From Bdellovibrionales bacterium (GTDB lineage Bacteria; Bdellovibrionota; Bdellovibrionia; Bdellovibrionales; UBA1609), in assembly GCA_027459485.1 (NCBI GenBank), contig DAIDIG010000001.1, forward strand, positions 257,989-321,988: a stretch of 64,000 nt of DNA, in the 5' to 3' direction. Positions within the stretch are counted from its first letter, which is position 1. Every line of letters begins with the position of its first letter. The notes beneath the pieces were generated by a model that searched no databases, was not told where the DNA came from, and worked only from the letters and a program-made list of their open reading frames with translations. Position numbers and translations under genes: made by a program. Below are positions 11,308 through 20,421 of this stretch, one piece after another.

Positions 11308-13806
11308 ATGCACGCGTTCATTGAATCACTTCACAGTTTTTTCGCCGCTACGCCGACAGTTCTCCTTGTAATAGGGCTTCTGCTCGTGGCGCTCTTGCTC
11401 GGCTACTTCAGCTCACCGCTTTTTTTGTGGGGGGCGGTTTCATTAATTGTTTTGCTCGGGTTGCATGCACCGTTTTGGTCGCTGGCTGTTGTTGTCGCGA
11501 TCGTTTTAGTTTTTTCGGTTCCGCCACTTCGTCAGGCACTGATGACGTCTTGGATAATGAAAATAATGAAAGGTGTGATGCCCACGATTTCAGAAACAGA
11601 GCGAACGGCACTCGATGCGGGTGTTGTGTGGATGGAAGCCGAGTTGTTCTCAGGGCGGCCGAGTTTTAAAAAATTGATGACGCAACCACATCCGAAATTG
11701 AGCCCAGAAGAAAAAGCGTTTCTCGACGGTCCGGTTGAGGAACTTTGTAAAATGGTCGACGAGTGGGCGGTATTTAAGACTCGAGACATCCCCGAAGCGG
11801 CCTATCGCTTTGTGAAAGAAAAAGGTTTTTTGGGGATGATCATCCCGAAAGAATACGGCGGGCTTGGATTTTCAGCCTATGCGCACTCGGAAGTCGTAAT
11901 GAAAGTTTCGACCCGTTCTGTGCCGACGGCCATCACGGTCATGGTGCCGAATTCACTGGGGCCGGCCGAACTTCTGATTCACTATGGCACCGACGCGCAA
12001 AAGAAATATTGGTTACCGCGGCTGGCGCGCGGCGAAGAAATCCCGTGTTTCGGGTTGACTGAACCACAGGCGGGCAGTGACGCGGGTTCAATCGTTTCAG
12101 AAGGTGTATTGGTCAAAGGTGACGACGGCGAGATTTACGTTCGTCTCACTTGGCGCAAACGTTGGATCACTCTTGCTGCCATTTCATCGGTTATCGGTCT
12201 CGCGTTTCGTTTGCGTGACCCCGATAATTTACTCGGTCGCGGCACTGATCTCGGCATCACCTGCGGCTTAGTCCCGGCGAAAACCCCGGGTGTCGTATTG
12301 GGCCGTCGGCATGATCCGCTATGCATTCCGTTCTACAATTGCCCGACCGAAGGCCACAACGTTCTCGTCAAAGCCAAAGACACGATCATCGGTGGTCTCG
12401 AAGGCGCCGGCCAGGGTTGGAAGATGCTGATGGAATGTCTCGCCGCCGGTCGTGGTATTTCGCTACCCGCGCAAAGTGTGGCCGGCATCAAAACGGCGGC
12501 TCGAGTGACCTCTGCGCATGCCACCATTCGTAAGCAGTTCGGTGTCTCGATCAGTAAGTTTGAAGGCGTTGAAGAACCTCTCGCGCGCATTGGCGCATCG
12601 GCCTACTTTGTCGAAGCCATGCGGCTTTATACATTGAGTGCGCTCGATCAAGGGGTGAAGCCGCCGGTTGTAACCGCGATGACCAAATATCTAACGACCG
12701 AAATGAGCCGTAAAACGGTGACCGACGGTATGGATGTTTTAGGCGGCGCCGGCATTTCAATGGGCCCCCGTAACGCTCTTGCGATTCCGTACATCGGTTC
12801 GCCTATTGCGATTACGGTTGAAGGGGCCAACATTCTCACGCGCACTCTGATGATTTTCGGCCAAGGTGCGCTGCGCGCGCATCCATTTGCTTACAAAGAA
12901 GTAAACGCCGTTGAGCACGGTGATCTGAAGGGCTTCGATGCTGCGTTTTGGGGGCACATCGGGCATATCACTCGAAACAAATGTCGCTCGATTTTGTTGA
13001 GCTTGACGCGCGCGCGGTTTGCTACGCGTGGTTACGGCGGACCAGTCGGCCGCCATTTTCAAAAACTCGCGTGGTCGTCGGCCAGTTTCGCGATTTTGGC
13101 GGATCTCGCCATGGGGCTTCTCGGCGGTAAATTGAAATTCAAAGAGAAAATCACCGGTCGCTTCGCCGACATCATGTGTTGGATGTACGTCGGCACTGCC
13201 GTATTACATAAGTGGGAAGCCGAAGGCCGCCAAAAAGACGATCTTCCGTTTGTGCACTATTCAATGGCGACAGTGTTTAGTGAAATTCAAAAAGCATTCG
13301 ACGGCATACTTTCGAATTTCGACGTGCCGATTATCGGTTGGTTTTTTAGGCGGCCGTTGTTGTTCTGGTCTCGCCTTAACTCGCTCGCGAGCCCGCCGAA
13401 AGACAAAACCGGCCATCAGGTCGTCGCAGCTATGTTGAATAACTCGGCTGTACGTGACCGTTTGACTTACGGGATGTTCACTCCGACGGATGCCAATGAA
13501 GCGATCGGTCGTCTCGACCGTGCTTATGATATCATCAAAAAATCCGAAGCCACTGATCACAAGATTCGCCGTGCTGTTCATGAAAAAAGAATCGCCAAAA
13601 TGAAAGGGCAGGCTTTGATCGATGAAGCTTTGGCAAAAGGCGTGATTACGGCTGAAGAAAAAGCGAATCTGCAAAAGGCTGAAGAAGCACGTTGGGACGC
13701 CATCCAAGTCGACGACTTCTCGGACCCTGAATTTCATTCGCACTCGGTCTCGGGTAAATCGGCCGCGTCAACGGGGCCGGACGTCGCGCGCACGTATGGC
13801 AAATAG
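11308..13806 (+). CDS. fadE: Large membrane-associated acyl-CoA dehydrogenase (FadE type)
   Basis: ORF 10897..13806 trimmed to MHAFIESL, with a GGAGG SD at 11295-11299. N-terminal TM helices, then MPTISETERTALDAGVVWMEAELFSG as in E. coli FadE. ACAD core TEPQAGSDAGS. Confidence 0.9.
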   Translation: MHAFIESLHSFFAATPTVLLVIGLLLVALLLGYFSSPLFLWGAVSLIVLLGLHAPFWSLAVVVAIVLVFSVPPLRQALMTSWIMKIMKGVMPTISETERTALDAGVVWMEAELFSGRPSFKKLMTQPHPKLSPEEKAFLDGPVEELCKMVDEWAVFKTRDIPEAAYRFVKEKGFLGMIIPKEYGGLGFSAYAHSEVVMKVSTRSVPTAITVMVPNSLGPAELLIHYGTDAQKKYWLPRLARGEEIPCFGLTEPQAGSDAGSIVSEGVLVKGDDGEIYVRLTWRKRWITLAAISSVIGLAFRLRDPDNLLGRGTDLGITCGLVPAKTPGVVLGRRHDPLCIPFYNCPTEGHNVLVKAKDTIIGGLEGAGQGWKMLMECLAAGRGISLPAQSVAGIKTAARVTSAHATIRKQFGVSISKFEGVEEPLARIGASAYFVEAMRLYTLSALDQGVKPPVVTAMTKYLTTEMSRKTVTDGMDVLGGAGISMGPRNALAIPYIGSPIAITVEGANILTRTLMIFGQGALRAHPFAYKEVNAVEHGDLKGFDAAFWGHIGHITRNKCRSILLSLTRARFATRGYGGPVGRHFQKLAWSSASFAILADLAMGLLGGKLKFKEKITGRFADIMCWMYVGTAVLHKWEAEGRQKDDLPFVHYSMATVFSEIQKAFDGILSNFDVPIIGWFFRRPLLFWSRLNSLASPPKDKTGHQVVAAMLNNSAVRDRLTYGMFTPTDANEAIGRLDRAYDIIKKSEATDHKIRRAVHEKRIAKMKGQALIDEALAKGVITAEEKANLQKAEEARWDAIQVDDFSDPEFHSHSVSGKSAASTGPDVARTYGK

Positions 13807-15454
13807 CGAGGGGGCGCCGGCGCTCAATTTGAATGTGCTCGATTCTCTGCGCGACGTATTGAATCGGCACGGGTTTTTAGACGGATTACCCGAAACCGTG
13901 TTAGAAGAGCTCGCGCGCGCCTCAACGATCAAGTCGCTCGCTCCTGAAGACGTGATTCTTCGGCAAGGCGAATTAAACAATAACCTGTATTTTCTTTTGA
14001 TCGGTTCGGTGAACATCTACGTCGACGACGGACTGGTCGCGAGCTTGAAGCGGCACGGCGATCTACTCGGCGAAATTAGCGTGATCACAAAAAAGCCGTG
14101 CTCGGCGACCATTATTGCGAAGACTCCGGTTGAGCTTTTGTCCCTCGATGTCGATGAGTTTCGGCGCGTGATCGGAGAGAGCGTAGCACAATTTGATTAC
14201 GTTATGTACCGGCTTTACTCGCTCATGTTGACGGACAAGTTGGTTCTGACAAACGAAAAGGCAAAGCGACTTGAAGACACGTTGGCGGATTTGCAACGAG
14301 CGAAAACCGAACTGCAAGAGATCAATAAGCAAATCGAACGCCGGGTGAGCGAGCGCACCAAATTATTTCAATCTAAACTGCACGAACTTCTACATACTCA
14401 TTTGAAAGGTCTGAAAGACTCGATCAAGAAAAACGTCGCGAGCATCGCGCAGGTGGACGAGGCCGAGAAAATTCTCGAGCCCATCGTGCAAACTTACGCG
14501 CTCGAAGTTTCAATGAAAACAAAAAGCGTACTGCTCGCTCAGGGGCAAAAGCCGCTTCAAACATTGGCGCGTTTGGCCTTGGGCGGTACGGGCATTCAAA
14601 TTCAAACTACCGCCTCGGTCGAGCAAGCGAGTGATCTTTTGCGAGTCTCGAATTTTGACGTTGTGCTCGTCGATCGCGACTCATTGCCTCTTCTCGAGAA
14701 TTTCATGGGTAAAGCGCAAACGAAGCATTTTGTTTTTTTGGCGACCGAGTCAATTCCTGATCAACTGCCCCATTTACTGAAACTCTCGCGCCTACCCGAC
14801 ATTCTGCTTTTGCGAGAAGGCGATCGCGCCGGCAACATTCGCGCCATGATGACGGCTATTCTAAAACTGTGCAGCCCGACAATGTTCGGTCTTGAAAGAT
14901 ATTTGAGTGTCGGCGCTGAGGTAAAAGAGTTTCCGATTACAAAAAGCACAGAGCGCGAGTCTCTGAAACAGCAAATGCGCGATCACTTTGCGAAGCTAGG
15001 TGTCCGCGCGTCCGTCCTTGAGCAAGTCAGTGTCGTGGCTGAAGAGCTTCTTATGAATGCGATTTATGACGCCCCAACTGACAATTTAGGTAGGCCATTG
15101 TACAACAATTTGGCGCGGACCACGCTCATTGAGCTCAAGCCGCATGAGCGTGCAATTTTTCGTATGGCGACGGACGGCACGCTTCTCGGCATTTCGGTAG
15201 AGGACCCGTTCGGAGCGCTGACCGGCAAGATCATTCTCAATTATCTCGATAGTTGCTATGGCGGCCGAGCCGGAGAAATGCAAACGGGCAAGGGGGGCGC
15301 CGGCCGCGGCATCCACCAAATAGTTGAATTTTCTGATTTTGTAGTCTTTAACGTGCAACCGCGAAGGCGCACGGAGGCCATGGCCTTTTTTGACGTCGTA
15401 CCTGGGCAGAAGGAGCAAAAATCACCGCTTCTGCATTATTTTTGCGTGACTTAA
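13796..15454 (+). CDS. cNMP-binding domain protein with coiled coil, receiver-like module and RsbW/SpoIIAB-like ATPase/kinase domain
   Basis: CAP-type cNMP domain (ILRQGELNNNLYFLLIGSVNIY...GDLLGEISV). Receiver-like FDVVLVDRD. C-terminal VVAEELLMNAIYDAP (N-box-like) and GKGGAGRGIH (G-box-like). Start overlaps the fadE stop by 11 nt. Confidence 0.7.
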   Translation: MANSEGAPALNLNVLDSLRDVLNRHGFLDGLPETVLEELARASTIKSLAPEDVILRQGELNNNLYFLLIGSVNIYVDDGLVASLKRHGDLLGEISVITKKPCSATIIAKTPVELLSLDVDEFRRVIGESVAQFDYVMYRLYSLMLTDKLVLTNEKAKRLEDTLADLQRAKTELQEINKQIERRVSERTKLFQSKLHELLHTHLKGLKDSIKKNVASIAQVDEAEKILEPIVQTYALEVSMKTKSVLLAQGQKPLQTLARLALGGTGIQIQTTASVEQASDLLRVSNFDVVLVDRDSLPLLENFMGKAQTKHFVFLATESIPDQLPHLLKLSRLPDILLLREGDRAGNIRAMMTAILKLCSPTMFGLERYLSVGAEVKEFPITKSTERESLKQQMRDHFAKLGVRASVLEQVSVVAEELLMNAIYDAPTDNLGRPLYNNLARTTLIELKPHERAIFRMATDGTLLGISVEDPFGALTGKIILNYLDSCYGGRAGEMQTGKGGAGRGIHQIVEFSDFVVFNVQPRRRTEAMAFFDVVPGQKEQKSPLLHYFCVT

Positions 15455-15514
15455 AAGCCGCCTGACGCTATTTTTCAGGGCTTTGAAGCTCTCATTGAGC
15501 CCTTGGAGTGTATA

Positions 15515-15763
15515 ATGAAAAAAGATCTTCACCCTGATTTTCGGCCGGTCGTTTTCAAAGATATTTCATGCGATTACGCCTATTTGACTAAATCGACGGC
15601 GAAAACCAAAGAAACCATTAAGTGGGAAGACGGCAAAGAGTATCCGCTCATCAAATTTGAAGTATCAAGCTCTTCACACCCGTTTTATACCGGCAAGCAC
15701 CGTATCGTTGATACCGAAGGCCGCGCCGAACGCTTTAAGAAAAAATACGGCAAAAAAGCTTAA
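15515..15763 (+). CDS. rpmE2: 50S ribosomal protein L31, type B (Cys-less paralog type)
   Basis: [16 protein letters not shown]...[28 protein letters not shown]. No CxxC zinc motif and a YkgM-like length of 82 aa. GGAG SD upstream. Confidence 0.9.
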   Translation: MKKDLHPDFRPVVFKDISCDYAYLTKSTAKTKETIKWEDGKEYPLIKFEVSSSSHPFYTGKHRIVDTEGRAERFKKKYGKKA

Positions 15764-16089
15764 GCTGCTCCAGCAGCTGATACGCTGCGTTTTTCGTGCC
15801 AGTGGTGAATCTGCTTTCTCAGTAGCCGAACGATTTGTTCAATGGCCGATTTTTGCCACATGCGATCGTGGTGAAGATGCAAGTCAGGGCGAACTGTCGT
15901 CTCGGCCGAAAACGTGCCGCAAAGAGAGTGAAAGCAAACCAAAAAGCGAAAGCCGTCGGGCGCGCGAGTCGATTCGGCGTGAACTACAGAGTAGTACGGC
16001 ATCAGTTCGGCAATTTTGTCCAATTCGAAATTGGCGTAGTATTCAAATTCTTTTCGAGGTGTGTAATTCGTAAATTGAAACTGTCTCAT
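15760..16089 (-). CDS. Hypothetical protein, possibly HPF/RaiA-like fold
   Basis: ORF 15760..16131. ATG at 16089 is preferred, with an alternative TTG at 16131. The pattern [26 protein letters not shown]...GFRFLV...GTFSAE...[16 protein letters not shown] loosely mirrors RaiA/HPF secondary-structure motifs. Confidence 0.4.
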   Translation of the reverse strand: MRQFQFTNYTPRKEFEYYANFELDKIAELMPYYSVVHAESTRAPDGFRFLVCFHSLCGTFSAETTVRPDLHLHHDRMWQKSAIEQIVRLLRKQIHHWHEKRSVSAAGAA

Positions 16090-16140
16090 GTCAAAAATTA
16101 TGACACGAAGTCGTTGGATATCGGTCAGCAAAGCGTCAAT

Positions 16141-17103
16141 TTATTTTAACTTTCGAAACTCGTCCATAGTCTCGACGAGGTGATGCGCGATCCCCGGCTC
16201 AAGCGCCGAATGCCCTGCATCTTTCACGATGTGAAAACTGGCATGGGGTAGGGCGTTATGTAGCTCCCAGGCATTTTCTATCGGGCAACAGACGTCGTAA
16301 CGGCCATGCACGATAGCCGTTGGGATGTGGCGAATCTTCTGAGCGTTTTCGAGCAGCCAATTGTCGGTTTTAAAAAACGCGCGGTGGGTGAAATAGTGGC
16401 ACTCAATGCGCGCAAACGCGGTGGCGAATTTCTCATCATCGAAATCGTGCATGAGGTTTTCGTCGGGGATGAGCTTCGCGGTCGACCCTTCCCACACACT
16501 CCAAATTCTCGCGGCTGCCAATTGCACCGCCGGGTCTTTATGAGTGAGCCGTTTGTAGTATGCGCTCACGAAGTCATGCCGTTCGCTTTCGGGGATGTGA
16601 TTTTTAAAAGGCTCCCACATATCAGGAAAAATAAAGCTCGCACCCGATTGATAAAACCAGTCGATCTCTTTTTTTCGGCACATAAAGATGCCGCGCAGAC
16701 AGAGCGACTTTACTTTTTCGGGATGAGTCTCGGCATAGGCAAGTGCCAAAGTCGAGCCCCAGCTGCCCCCAAAAACATGCCAGCGCCGAATATCCATGTG
16801 TTCACGCAATTTTTCAATATCGGCGACGAGATCCCACGTGGTGTTGTCGCGTAACTCTGCGTGAGGAGTACTTTGCCCGCAGCCGCGTTGATCGAAAAGA
16901 ACTATACGATAATGATCGGGATCAAAATAACGTCGATTCTTAGGGCTGACGCCGCCACCTGGGCCCCCATGCAGAAACACAACAGGCTCGCCTTTAGGGT
17001 TGCCGCATTCTTCAAAGTAGAGTTCATGAATGTCCGAAACCTTGAGCCGGCCCGTTTTGTAAGGTTCGACCTCGGGGTAAACGCCGCGCAATTGATTTGT
17101 CAT
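16141..17103 (-). CDS. pip: Proline iminopeptidase (prolyl aminopeptidase)
   Basis: ORF trimmed to MTNQLRGVYPEVEPYKTGRLKVSD..ELYFEECGNP.GEPVVFLHGGPGGG. Nucleophile motif GGSWGSTLA. Confidence 0.92.
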   Translation of the reverse strand: MTNQLRGVYPEVEPYKTGRLKVSDIHELYFEECGNPKGEPVVFLHGGPGGGVSPKNRRYFDPDHYRIVLFDQRGCGQSTPHAELRDNTTWDLVADIEKLREHMDIRRWHVFGGSWGSTLALAYAETHPEKVKSLCLRGIFMCRKKEIDWFYQSGASFIFPDMWEPFKNHIPESERHDFVSAYYKRLTHKDPAVQLAAARIWSVWEGSTAKLIPDENLMHDFDDEKFATAFARIECHYFTHRAFFKTDNWLLENAQKIRHIPTAIVHGRYDVCCPIENAWELHNALPHASFHIVKDAGHSALEPGIAHHLVETMDEFRKLK

Positions 17104-17127
17104 GATAGCATAGCCTACAATGATCGA

Positions 17128-18735
17128 ATGCAAACGGCCAAGGAGTTTCTGGCAACCGGCGCGAAGTTCCAACTCGGATTTTTAGAAACCGAGAAACCGC
17201 ACCCTAAAACGCGAGATCTATCGGATTGGGCGGCGAGTGATTTGCCGCGCGCGATTTCGACTTTAGCCGAAATCGACTGTCATGCGCTCGATGTTGTTGG
17301 ATCGAAATTCGAATCCATTGTTGAACTGCGTAGTGAAATCGAATCGGTTTGGTCAAACGGGCACCGCGTTTTTTTGTGTGGTTGCGGCGCGACGGGGCGC
17401 TTATCACTGGCTTTGGAATGTTTGCATAAGGAGCGTGTCGCCCAAACCGGCGGGTCAAGCGACGCGGGCGGTCTCGTCATCGGTTTCATGGCCGGCGGTG
17501 ATGTGGCGCTTGTTCACTCGCTCGAGGGATTCGAGGACTTTCCTGATTATGGTAGTCGACATTTGCGCGAACTTGGTTTTCGCGACGGTGATTTGCTGAT
17601 TTCTTGTACCGAAGGCGGTGAGACTCCGTACGTCATCGGCGCAACAGAAGAAGCCGCTCGCTCGAGCCGACGTAACCCCTATTTTTTGTACTGCAACCCA
17701 GATGAAATTTTGTGCCAGCACGTCGAACGTTCGCGACGCGTGATTGAGAATGCGACTATTAAAAAAATTAATTTAACTGTCGGGCCGATGGCGCTCGCGG
17801 GCAGCACGCGCATGCAGGCTTCGACGGTTTTGCAACTTTCGGTTGGTTTGGCACTGCTCACGGCCGAGTGGCGGCCCGCCGGCAACCGCTCGCGTCGAGA
17901 CATTCGAGAAGTTTATGATGCCGTTTTGAGCTTGCTGAAAAAATATATGCTGCAAGAATCTGTGCGATTTCTTTCACCTTTCATAGAACGCGAGGCATCT
18001 GAATACTTGGCCGGTCGGTATGTCATGTACGGGGTCAATACGTATCCGATCACAGTGTTTACCGACACGACGGAACGAGCTCCGACTTTTTCTCTCACCC
18101 CATTTTGTCATCGAGATGCAGAACGGTTACTTAAACTCAAACCGTCGCTTTGCTATATCTATCTATCGGAGGCTCAGTTAGCGCTCGAAGCTTGGCAAAA
18201 GCTGCTGGGTCGCCCACCGCGCTCCCTCAATTGGCAGGATGTCGATCAAAGGACATTGGGCCGCTATCTTGAAGCGTTTGATTTTACCGAAAAGGGTGCC
18301 CGCGCATTTCGCCAGTGGCGCACAAGCGGGGCTGAGCATTCCGATTTTCTTATCGGCCGCCACGACAATGTCCTGCGCTGGGAATTTCAAGATCTCGAGC
18401 GGGGGCTTATTTTACCGTCTGGGCTTGCCGGTGGAGATTACCCGGCGGTTGAATCGCTATTTGCCCACATGCTTCTAAAGATGCTTCTCAATATCCATTC
18501 AACACTAATCATGGGGCGGCTCAATCGTTACAAACGCAATCTAATGACATGGGTCTATCCGACGAACGGTAAGCTTATTGATCGCGCCACTCGTTATACG
18601 CGCACTCTGTTGCACGAAGACGGTATTGAAGTCAGTTATGACGATACCGTGCGCGCGCTGTTTGAAGTGAAGCAGAAGATCACAGGCAACGACTCCGTCG
18701 TGCTTGCGACTTATGAATACCTGAAAACAAAATAA
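17128..18735 (+). CDS. SIS-domain protein, MurQ etherase / glucokinase-regulatory-protein-like, 535 aa
   Basis: ORF 16861..18735 trimmed to MQTAKEF. LETEKPHPKTRDLS (MurQ-like TE..P.T motif). SIS core RVFLCGCGATGRLS, and ...GSTRMQASTVLQL. The long C-terminal extension resembles the two-lobed GKRP architecture. Confidence 0.65.
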   Translation: MQTAKEFLATGAKFQLGFLETEKPHPKTRDLSDWAASDLPRAISTLAEIDCHALDVVGSKFESIVELRSEIESVWSNGHRVFLCGCGATGRLSLALECLHKERVAQTGGSSDAGGLVIGFMAGGDVALVHSLEGFEDFPDYGSRHLRELGFRDGDLLISCTEGGETPYVIGATEEAARSSRRNPYFLYCNPDEILCQHVERSRRVIENATIKKINLTVGPMALAGSTRMQASTVLQLSVGLALLTAEWRPAGNRSRRDIREVYDAVLSLLKKYMLQESVRFLSPFIEREASEYLAGRYVMYGVNTYPITVFTDTTERAPTFSLTPFCHRDAERLLKLKPSLCYIYLSEAQLALEAWQKLLGRPPRSLNWQDVDQRTLGRYLEAFDFTEKGARAFRQWRTSGAEHSDFLIGRHDNVLRWEFQDLERGLILPSGLAGGDYPAVESLFAHMLLKMLLNIHSTLIMGRLNRYKRNLMTWVYPTNGKLIDRATRYTRTLLHEDGIEVSYDDTVRALFEVKQKITGNDSVVLATYEYLKTK

Positions 18736-18751
18736 AAGTTCGATTAAATGC

Positions 18752-20347
18752 CTATCGGGCCATCTCGACGGCTTCGGTCTCGCGCACGACAGTGACTTTG
18801 ATCTGACCAGGATATTGCATGTCGTTTTCAATTTTCTGAGCGATTTTACGGCTGAGCTCGAGCGCATCCCAGTCATTCAGTCGGTGGCCGTCAACATAGA
18901 CACGAACTTCGCGGCCGGCGCTCAGAATGTGGGTGTCCCGCACACCTTCAAATCCGCCGGCAATGGTTTGCAAATCCTGAATTTTCTGGGTGTAGCTCGC
19001 GACTGTCGATCTTCGCGCGCCAGGCCGAGAACCTGAAATTGCGTCCGCCGCAATCACAAGATAGGCTAAATCGCTGTCGGGCATTTCGTCAAAATGGTGA
19101 GCGCGCACGGCGTGCACGATGTGATCGGCTTCACCATGTTGCTTGATGAAATCAGCGCCGATGACAGCATGGCCGCCTTCCGTGGAATGATCCATCGCCT
19201 TCCCGATATCGTGAAGAAGCCCAGCCCGCCGGGCATCTTTTGTCGGAACCCCCACTTCGGCAGCTAGCAGGCCGCATAGCCAACCGACTTCAGCGCAATG
19301 AAAATGTTGGTTTTGTGTAAACGAGTATCGATAACGAAGCGCGCCCATCATATTGCGAATTTCTTGATGAAGCCCTTCGAGTCGCAACTCTTTAGCCACA
19401 CGATTGCCATCTTGAAATATGCGCTGAAACAGATCGCGCTTTGTCTTCGCCGCCAATTGTTCAATTCTTTGCGGCGTGATCTGGCGTTCATTCATTATCT
19501 TTTCAACGAGCGCGCGGCCGAGTTCGCGGCGAACCGGGTCAAAGCCATAGACGTTGATCGCATTGTGAGGCTCATCATAAACAAGATCGACACCGCAAAT
19601 TTTTTCGATGAGACGTAAGTGAGCTTGATTGTCGGCGAGCACCCGGCGCTTTTGATCTTCGCTGTCAAAGTTTAAATAGCCGATGCCGCGTTCGGGGCAG
19701 TAAGGGCGGGCGAAGCGATTGATAACAAGAGTGAGCAGTTTCTTGGCTTCAGTCTCCGCTTGTTTGACCGAATCCTCTTCAAAAAGTTGCATCGCCTTAG
19801 TGACTTCAAGCTTATGATCTTCAAGGACTTTGACTTGAATTGGCTCTATTAAGGAGTTTGCCTGGGTATTACTGCCGGCTTCTAATTTTTTTATGATCTG
19901 TTGGCGCAGATTTTTGACTGAATCGCGGCGGGCATCTACGCGACTCTTTAGCTGATTCACTTTGCTGTCAAAGCTGTCGACAACCGATTGACGCTCGCGC
20001 GCGAGCTCGTCCTGACCCGACAAAAGTTCTTCGATTTCGTTAGCGCGGCTGTCAATGCGTGCTTGAACAGCAGTCAATTTCTCTTCTATCCGTGCTGTCT
20101 CTCGCTGAGCGCGCCGACGATATTGCTCCTCGAGATCTTGCACGCGCTTTTTCACTTCGGCCATCCGCTCTTCGGCGTGTTCTTGAGCCTCACTGATCAA
20201 ACGTCGAGCTTCGGCTTTGGCTTCGAGCCGGCGCACGATAAAAACGATGACGGCAAGCGCCCCGACGACCCAAAGGCCCAGAAAAAACGAAAACATGGCG
20301 AAAAGCTTCGGGTCGCGAAAAACAGGCTCTAGAGCATGATCGATCAT
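18752..20347 (-). CDS. rny: Ribonuclease Y
   Basis: N-terminal TM helix, a long coiled coil, a KH region and an HD domain (GLLHDIGKA...GHAVIGADF...VRAHH). Confidence 0.95.
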   Translation of the reverse strand: MIDHALEPVFRDPKLFAMFSFFLGLWVVGALAVIVFIVRRLEAKAEARRLISEAQEHAEERMAEVKKRVQDLEEQYRRRAQRETARIEEKLTAVQARIDSRANEIEELLSGQDELARERQSVVDSFDSKVNQLKSRVDARRDSVKNLRQQIIKKLEAGSNTQANSLIEPIQVKVLEDHKLEVTKAMQLFEEDSVKQAETEAKKLLTLVINRFARPYCPERGIGYLNFDSEDQKRRVLADNQAHLRLIEKICGVDLVYDEPHNAINVYGFDPVRRELGRALVEKIMNERQITPQRIEQLAAKTKRDLFQRIFQDGNRVAKELRLEGLHQEIRNMMGALRYRYSFTQNQHFHCAEVGWLCGLLAAEVGVPTKDARRAGLLHDIGKAMDHSTEGGHAVIGADFIKQHGEADHIVHAVRAHHFDEMPDSDLAYLVIAADAISGSRPGARRSTVASYTQKIQDLQTIAGGFEGVRDTHILSAGREVRVYVDGHRLNDWDALELSRKIAQKIENDMQYPGQIKVTVVRETEAVEMAR

Positions 20348-20421
20348 GAAACAAATCTAACGCCGTCTCTAGCCCTTTGGCTATTGAAAACTCGCCGCTT
20401 CAGACCGAGTAAATCAACGAG

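Noticed and set aside
15455-15514. Expected Zur box upstream of the L31 type B gene
   Set aside because: No AT-rich palindrome resembling GAAATGTTATAATATAACATTTC is present, so no zinc-regulatory site is claimed.
16861-17127. N-terminal extension of the SIS-domain ORF (624 aa as listed)
   Set aside because: It is entirely antisense to the conserved N-terminal part of pip. Homology starts at the Met at 17128.
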